Assembly: GCA_964518565.1 (NCBI GenBank)
Contig: CAZFGX010000001.1
Location: forward strand, 267,046-331,045
Source of the DNA: an uncultured Gammaproteobacteria bacterium
GTDB taxonomy: Bacteria > Patescibacteriota > Microgenomatia > CAZETR01 > Amesbacteraceae
Length of the DNA: 64,000 bases
Direction of reading: 5' to 3'
Shown: piece after piece, positions 60,094 to 64,000 of the stretch
Layout: every line of letters starts with the position of its first letter
Numbering within the stretch: the stretch's first letter is position 1
The notes under the pieces: generated by a model
Told to the model about the DNA's origin: nothing
The model's input: only the letters and a program-made list of their open reading frames with translations
Database searches by the model: none
Made by a program: the position numbers and the translations under genes

Positions 60094-60447
60094 ATGAAAA
60101 AAATTCATACCATATCATTCAAACATGCATTTGAAGGGTTGTGGTATGCCTGTAAGTCTCAACCAAATTTTCGTATTCATATTGTACTATCATCTTTAGC
60201 GATTGTATTAGGAGTATTGCTTCATATAACACAAATTCAATGGACTATTCTAACTATGACTATCACGTTGGGTCTTGTAATTGAGACGATAAATACATCA
60301 ATTGAATCTGTAGTAGATTTAGTGACCCAAGAATGGCGTATAAACGCTAAAAGAGCGAAAGACACTGCCGCAGCAGCAATGTTAATCTATGCGATTGGAG
60401 CCATTGGGGTAGCTGGTTGGTTATTTTTACCCAAAATATTTTTTTGA
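60094..60447 (+). CDS. dgkA: Diacylglycerol kinase / undecaprenol kinase (DgkA family).
   Basis: 117 aa with 3 TM helices and the E..NT.IE..VD......A..AKD signature (ETINTSIESVVD...AKRAKD). Confidence 0.75.
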   Translation: MKKIHTISFKHAFEGLWYACKSQPNFRIHIVLSSLAIVLGVLLHITQIQWTILTMTITLGLVIETINTSIESVVDLVTQEWRINAKRAKDTAAAAMLIYAIGAIGVAGWLFLPKIFF

Positions 60448-60448
60448 T

Positions 60449-61372
60449 ATGCCCACAATAGCGTTGTACCTTGGAATACTACTTTTTTCGTTTCTTGTTA
60501 CGAGTATTGCCATCGTCCCGGCCATAGATTTGTTATATCGTATCCAATTTATTAAAAAGGAAGTTGGAACACCAGCCGGTGGAGGGGTGCTATTGTTAAT
60601 CATTGTCACTAGTTTATTTGCCTTACTCTTTCCACTGGCATCCAGGTTTGGTGTATATGTGACTTCACATTTTCCGATAAGGTATGAAATCAATAGCTTT
60701 TTTTTTACGTTTGTTTCTTTTGGGTTGCTCGGACTGTATGAAGACTTGCATCAAATATTAAAAATGCCCAAAGCCAATATTCCGTTTTGGCTACTTAAAA
60801 TAGTGCTTTCCTGTTGTTCGTCACTCTTTTTATTTTTTAGCTTACACATAAATATTGTAAATTTACCTGGTTTCGGTGTTGTTCACCTGGGTGCCTGGTT
60901 CATACCGTTAATGACTATGTTTATTTATATCTTTATTGAAGGATTCGAAGCTTTAAAAGATTTAAATGGATTAGCTGGAGGAATTTTGCTCATTGTTTTA
61001 CTGGCATTGTGGTCAATTTCTTTTGGATCTGTCGATACACCATTATCTATATTGATTGCTATATGGATTGGAACATTGATAGCATTTTTGTATTTCAATA
61101 TTTATCCAGCCCGTATACTGCTTGGATCTGCCGGTAGTCTAGCATTTGGAGCAACATTGCCGGTAACAGGAACCCTTATAGGACGACCAGTAGCAGTCGT
61201 AGTTATCGGCGGGCTATTTGTGTTAGCGGCGTTATACAAACTCATTGCCCCAAAAAAAACACCAATAATTTTCTTACAAAAAAATGGCTGGAGTGAACCA
61301 AAAATTGTCTTCAGATCCTGGATTGTTGCTATTGTATTGGCAATAGGAGGCTTGTGGTTAGGAGGAATATAA
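60449..61372 (+). CDS. MraY-family phospho-N-acetylmuramoyl-pentapeptide transferase homolog, divergent at catalytic motifs.
   Basis: Clear similarity to MraY (TPAGGGVLL, FLYFNIYPARILLGSAGSLAFG, PIIFLQKNGWSEPKIVFRSWI) and position in the dcw cluster. The GDVGS Asp reads GSAGS and the PIHHH motif reads PIIFL. Confidence 0.55.
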   Translation: MPTIALYLGILLFSFLVTSIAIVPAIDLLYRIQFIKKEVGTPAGGGVLLLIIVTSLFALLFPLASRFGVYVTSHFPIRYEINSFFFTFVSFGLLGLYEDLHQILKMPKANIPFWLLKIVLSCCSSLFLFFSLHINIVNLPGFGVVHLGAWFIPLMTMFIYIFIEGFEALKDLNGLAGGILLIVLLALWSISFGSVDTPLSILIAIWIGTLIAFLYFNIYPARILLGSAGSLAFGATLPVTGTLIGRPVAVVVIGGLFVLAALYKLIAPKKTPIIFLQKNGWSEPKIVFRSWIVAIVLAIGGLWLGGI

Positions 61373-62446
61373 GTGATGACTGGAAAAAGTACAGCCCAGT
61401 ATTTATTTGTTCTTACGGTAATTTTGACATTGTTTGGCGTACTAATGGTAGGAAACGCTTCTGTCGTAACCGCAGCAAAAACCTTTGGAGATAAATGGTA
61501 CTTCTTAAAACTTCAAGGGGGTTTAGCTATTTTTGGCATAGTTGGATGCCTTGTTGCAAGCAAAATTCCTCTAAAAAAACTAGAAAAATTTGCTACTCCT
61601 TTTTTCTTGATTTCTATCGCTTTGTTGCTATTAGTCTTAATTCCTGGAATTGGTACGAAAGTTTTAGGCGCGAGAAGATGGCTAAACTTTGGGCCATTGT
61701 CCTTTCAACCATCAGAAATTGCCAAATTGGCGACCTCAATATATTTAGCCAAGCTGTTTAAAACAAAACCGAGTTTTACACATCTGTGTGTTGTTCTTGG
61801 TTTACTGGGTTTCTTAATCATGGCGGAGCCTGATATGGGCACACTGCTAGTGCTGACCGGAATGAGCGTCGGTGTATATTTTGGGTCTGGAGGAAAAATA
61901 TCCAGACTTGCCATGGCGCTACCTATTGTGGCAATAATTGGTGTAGTCGTTATTATTTTGTCACCATATAGAGCCAGTAGAATAAAAACATATTTTGACA
62001 TTTCGCACGATCCTCTCGGTGCATCCTATCAAATAAGACAGGCATTAATCGGTCTAGGATCAGGTGGATTTACAGGAGTAGGTTTAGGTGAATCACGTCA
62101 AAAATTCGATTTTTTGCCTGAGGCGACCACTGATTCAATTTTTGCCGTAATTGGCGAGGAAACTGGTTTTATTGGCTCAGCATTATTACTATTTGCTTTT
62201 ATCACACTCGGTGCACTGTGTTTAAAAGTAACTCAGAAAACATCCGATCGGTTTTCTCAAAATTTAGGCGTAGCAATTAGCTGTTGGTTATTATTACAAG
62301 TTTTTATAAATATTTCGGCAATTCTAGCGTTGTTGCCTTTTACTGGTATACCTTTAACGTTTATATCTTATGGTCGAACTGCCTTGCTAAGTTCGCTATT
62401 TGCCATGGGTATTATGATTAATATAGCTAAATCGGAAAAATCATGA
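61373..62446 (+). CDS. ftsW: SEDS family peptidoglycan glycosyltransferase FtsW/RodA.
   Basis: About 10 TM helices, with conserved LPE/GxGxG-like loop motifs (FDFLPEATTDSIFAVIGEETGFIG). Confidence 0.8.
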   Translation: MMTGKSTAQYLFVLTVILTLFGVLMVGNASVVTAAKTFGDKWYFLKLQGGLAIFGIVGCLVASKIPLKKLEKFATPFFLISIALLLLVLIPGIGTKVLGARRWLNFGPLSFQPSEIAKLATSIYLAKLFKTKPSFTHLCVVLGLLGFLIMAEPDMGTLLVLTGMSVGVYFGSGGKISRLAMALPIVAIIGVVVIILSPYRASRIKTYFDISHDPLGASYQIRQALIGLGSGGFTGVGLGESRQKFDFLPEATTDSIFAVIGEETGFIGSALLLFAFITLGALCLKVTQKTSDRFSQNLGVAISCWLLLQVFINISAILALLPFTGIPLTFISYGRTALLSSLFAMGIMINIAKSEKS

Positions 62447-63525
62447 ATCAAAAATATAAAATAGTATTCACAGGTGGGCATCACACAAGTGCCTTGGTAG
62501 TAGCTCGGGCTTGTAAAGAAAAAGGATATGATGTTGTTTGGTTTGGACATAGACATAGTATGTGGGGCGATGTATCAGATTCTGCCGAGTATCTAGATGT
62601 CACTGCAGCAAAAATTGAGTTCCATAACCTAGTAGCTGGAAAGGGTTATCGAACGTACAATCCATATAAATTGCTTCGTGTTCCGTTGGGATTTTTTCAT
62701 GCTTGGCATTTGCTTAAAAAAATGAAGCCAGATTGTATCGTCTCTAGTGGTGGATATTTAGCAGTTCCTACAGTAATAATTGGATATATATTGGGCATAC
62801 CATCATTGACTCATGAGCAGACCGTGACCACTGGTTGGGCAGCAAAAATAGTCGAAGTATTTGCGAAAAAAATTGCTGTCTCATGGCCTGAAAGTTTAAA
62901 ATATCACAATCCAAAAAAAACAACTCTTACTGGCTTGCCATTGCGGCCTGAAATAATAAAAATAAAGAGTGGCAAGAAAAACGAAAATAAAAAGCCAGTC
63001 CTTTACATTACTGGCGGGAAACAAGGTTCTCATAGAATTAATCAAGAAATATTTAAAATAATTCCCAAACTTGAAAAAACCTTTAAAATCATTCATCAAA
63101 CAGGAACTTCAACAGTTGTAAAAGATTTCGAACAATCGAAGAAATTTCACTCAGATTCATACGAATCCTTTGGATATAGTTCAGAAAAAGCTATATTGGC
63201 ACTCACAAGCTCAGATATGATAATTTGTCGGTCGGGTGCACACATGTGTTATGAAATCGGCTATCTGGGAAAAAAAGCCATTCTTATCCCTTTAGCTTAC
63301 GCATCGCACAATGAGCAAAAAGAAAATGCTTTGGTGCTGCAAGAAGCAGGGCTTGCCACTATTATCGAGGAAAATGATCTGAGCGAAAAAACAATATTTC
63401 AAGCGATTAATGAAATAATTGGAAAAAGCGTTCAGCCACTGAATTTGCCCGAAGATGCTACAAAATCTATGGTTCATTTAATTGAACAAATATGCAAAGA
63501 TCACGTAAGTCAATCCACATACTAA
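62443..63525 (+). CDS. murG: Undecaprenyldiphospho-muramoylpentapeptide beta-N-acetylglucosaminyltransferase MurG.
   Basis: GT28 two-domain pattern with an N-terminal Gly-rich loop (FTGGHHTSAL) and C-terminal ICRSGA...E..........IP motif. ATGA overlap with ftsW. Confidence 0.75.
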   Translation: MNQKYKIVFTGGHHTSALVVARACKEKGYDVVWFGHRHSMWGDVSDSAEYLDVTAAKIEFHNLVAGKGYRTYNPYKLLRVPLGFFHAWHLLKKMKPDCIVSSGGYLAVPTVIIGYILGIPSLTHEQTVTTGWAAKIVEVFAKKIAVSWPESLKYHNPKKTTLTGLPLRPEIIKIKSGKKNENKKPVLYITGGKQGSHRINQEIFKIIPKLEKTFKIIHQTGTSTVVKDFEQSKKFHSDSYESFGYSSEKAILALTSSDMIICRSGAHMCYEIGYLGKKAILIPLAYASHNEQKENALVLQEAGLATIIEENDLSEKTIFQAINEIIGKSVQPLNLPEDATKSMVHLIEQICKDHVSQSTY

Positions 63526-64000
63526 TATTATTAATCATAACGATTATTACGATATTTGGAATTTATCAGAACACAAAGATCGAAAATATCACTTGTGAAA
63601 CTCAATATGGTATATGTAGTGAAATATATACAAACAAACTTGTTTGGTTAAAAGGCATTTCGTTGTTCAAAAAAATTGATGAGCAAAAAATAACCAGCCA
63701 ACTAAAAGACTATAAAGAAATTCAAACTATAAAAATAAAAAAGCAGTGGCCAGATAAGGTGAATATTTCAATCAGTTTAAGAACAGTTGTAGGTGCAATT
63801 TCAAATTCATTAGATAGTAAACAGATAGGACTTATAGACAACGACGGAGTTGTCAGTTCGGTTGTAGAGAAAACCAATTTAGCCCAGCTTTTGATTCCAG
63901 AATGGCAGACATCTATAGGAAATGTCGCTCCAATTCATGTAAACTCCTCTAAAATTCTTCAACAAGTTCAAAATATACTTCATGAAGAAGTAATTGGTCG
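63492..64000 (+). CDS. FtsQ/DivIB-like cell division protein, N-terminal part. It continues beyond the window.
   Basis: An open frame starts at the ATG at 63492, with a basic N-terminus, one TM helix (ILILLIITIITIFGIY) and then a POTRA-like region. It overlaps the murG 3' end. It is absent from the ORF track because it is unterminated within the window. Confidence 0.4.
   Translation, partial: MQRSRKSIHILILLIITIITIFGIYQNTKIENITCETQYGICSEIYTNKLVWLKGISLFKKIDEQKITSQLKDYKEIQTIKIKKQWPDKVNISISLRTVVGAISNSLDSKQIGLIDNDGVVSSVVEKTNLAQLLIPEWQTSIGNVAPIHVNSSKILQQVQNILHEEVIG

Noticed and set aside
1-64000. CRISPR arrays, tRNA or rRNA genes, integrases, transposases, and phage genes.
   Set aside because: I scanned for regularly spaced direct repeats, cloverleaf-sized conserved RNA segments, and recombinase or transposase motifs. 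I found none. The gene content is entirely glycan biosynthesis plus core housekeeping.

Overview
This is an AT-rich (roughly one-third GC by eye), very gene-dense bacterial window. Genes are tightly packed and many start and stop codons overlap (ATGA or TAATG junctions). I found no rRNA, tRNA, CRISPR array, integrase or transposase. About 53 kb (1..53085) is one very large cell-surface glycan biosynthesis island. It holds roughly 45 genes: many GT2 and GT4 glycosyltransferases, several GT-C-like polytopic membrane proteins, a Wzx-like flippase, an O-antigen-ligase-like protein, and a PglC-type initiating phosphoglycosyltransferase with an adjacent DUF4012-like protein. It also holds three NAD-dependent epimerase/dehydratases, an SDR oxidoreductase, two sugar-1-phosphate nucleotidyltransferases (one ManC-like), three class I SAM methyltransferases, a hexapeptide acetyltransferase, a radical SAM enzyme and an FAD oxidoreductase. 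Housekeeping genes follow: recO, two unknown genes, glycine-tRNA ligase, and a non-canonical division/cell-wall (dcw) cluster in the order mraZ, rsmH, ftsL, ftsI, dgkA, mraY-like, ftsW, murG, and a partial ftsQ-like gene. The gene content, the compact overlapping operons, the short RecO and the reduced dcw cluster suggest a small-genome, AT-rich lineage such as the Candidate Phyla Radiation (Patescibacteria). That is an inference only. The most notable observations are listed here. Four tandem paralogous giant membrane proteins are each paired with a small methyltransferase. A radical SAM gene sits inside the glycan locus. A GT4 gene appears to be broken by a single-base deletion. An MraY homolog lacks the catalytic Asp and HHH motifs. 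Three 10-bp-phased AGTGGTA repeats, a candidate MraZ operator, lie upstream of mraZ.
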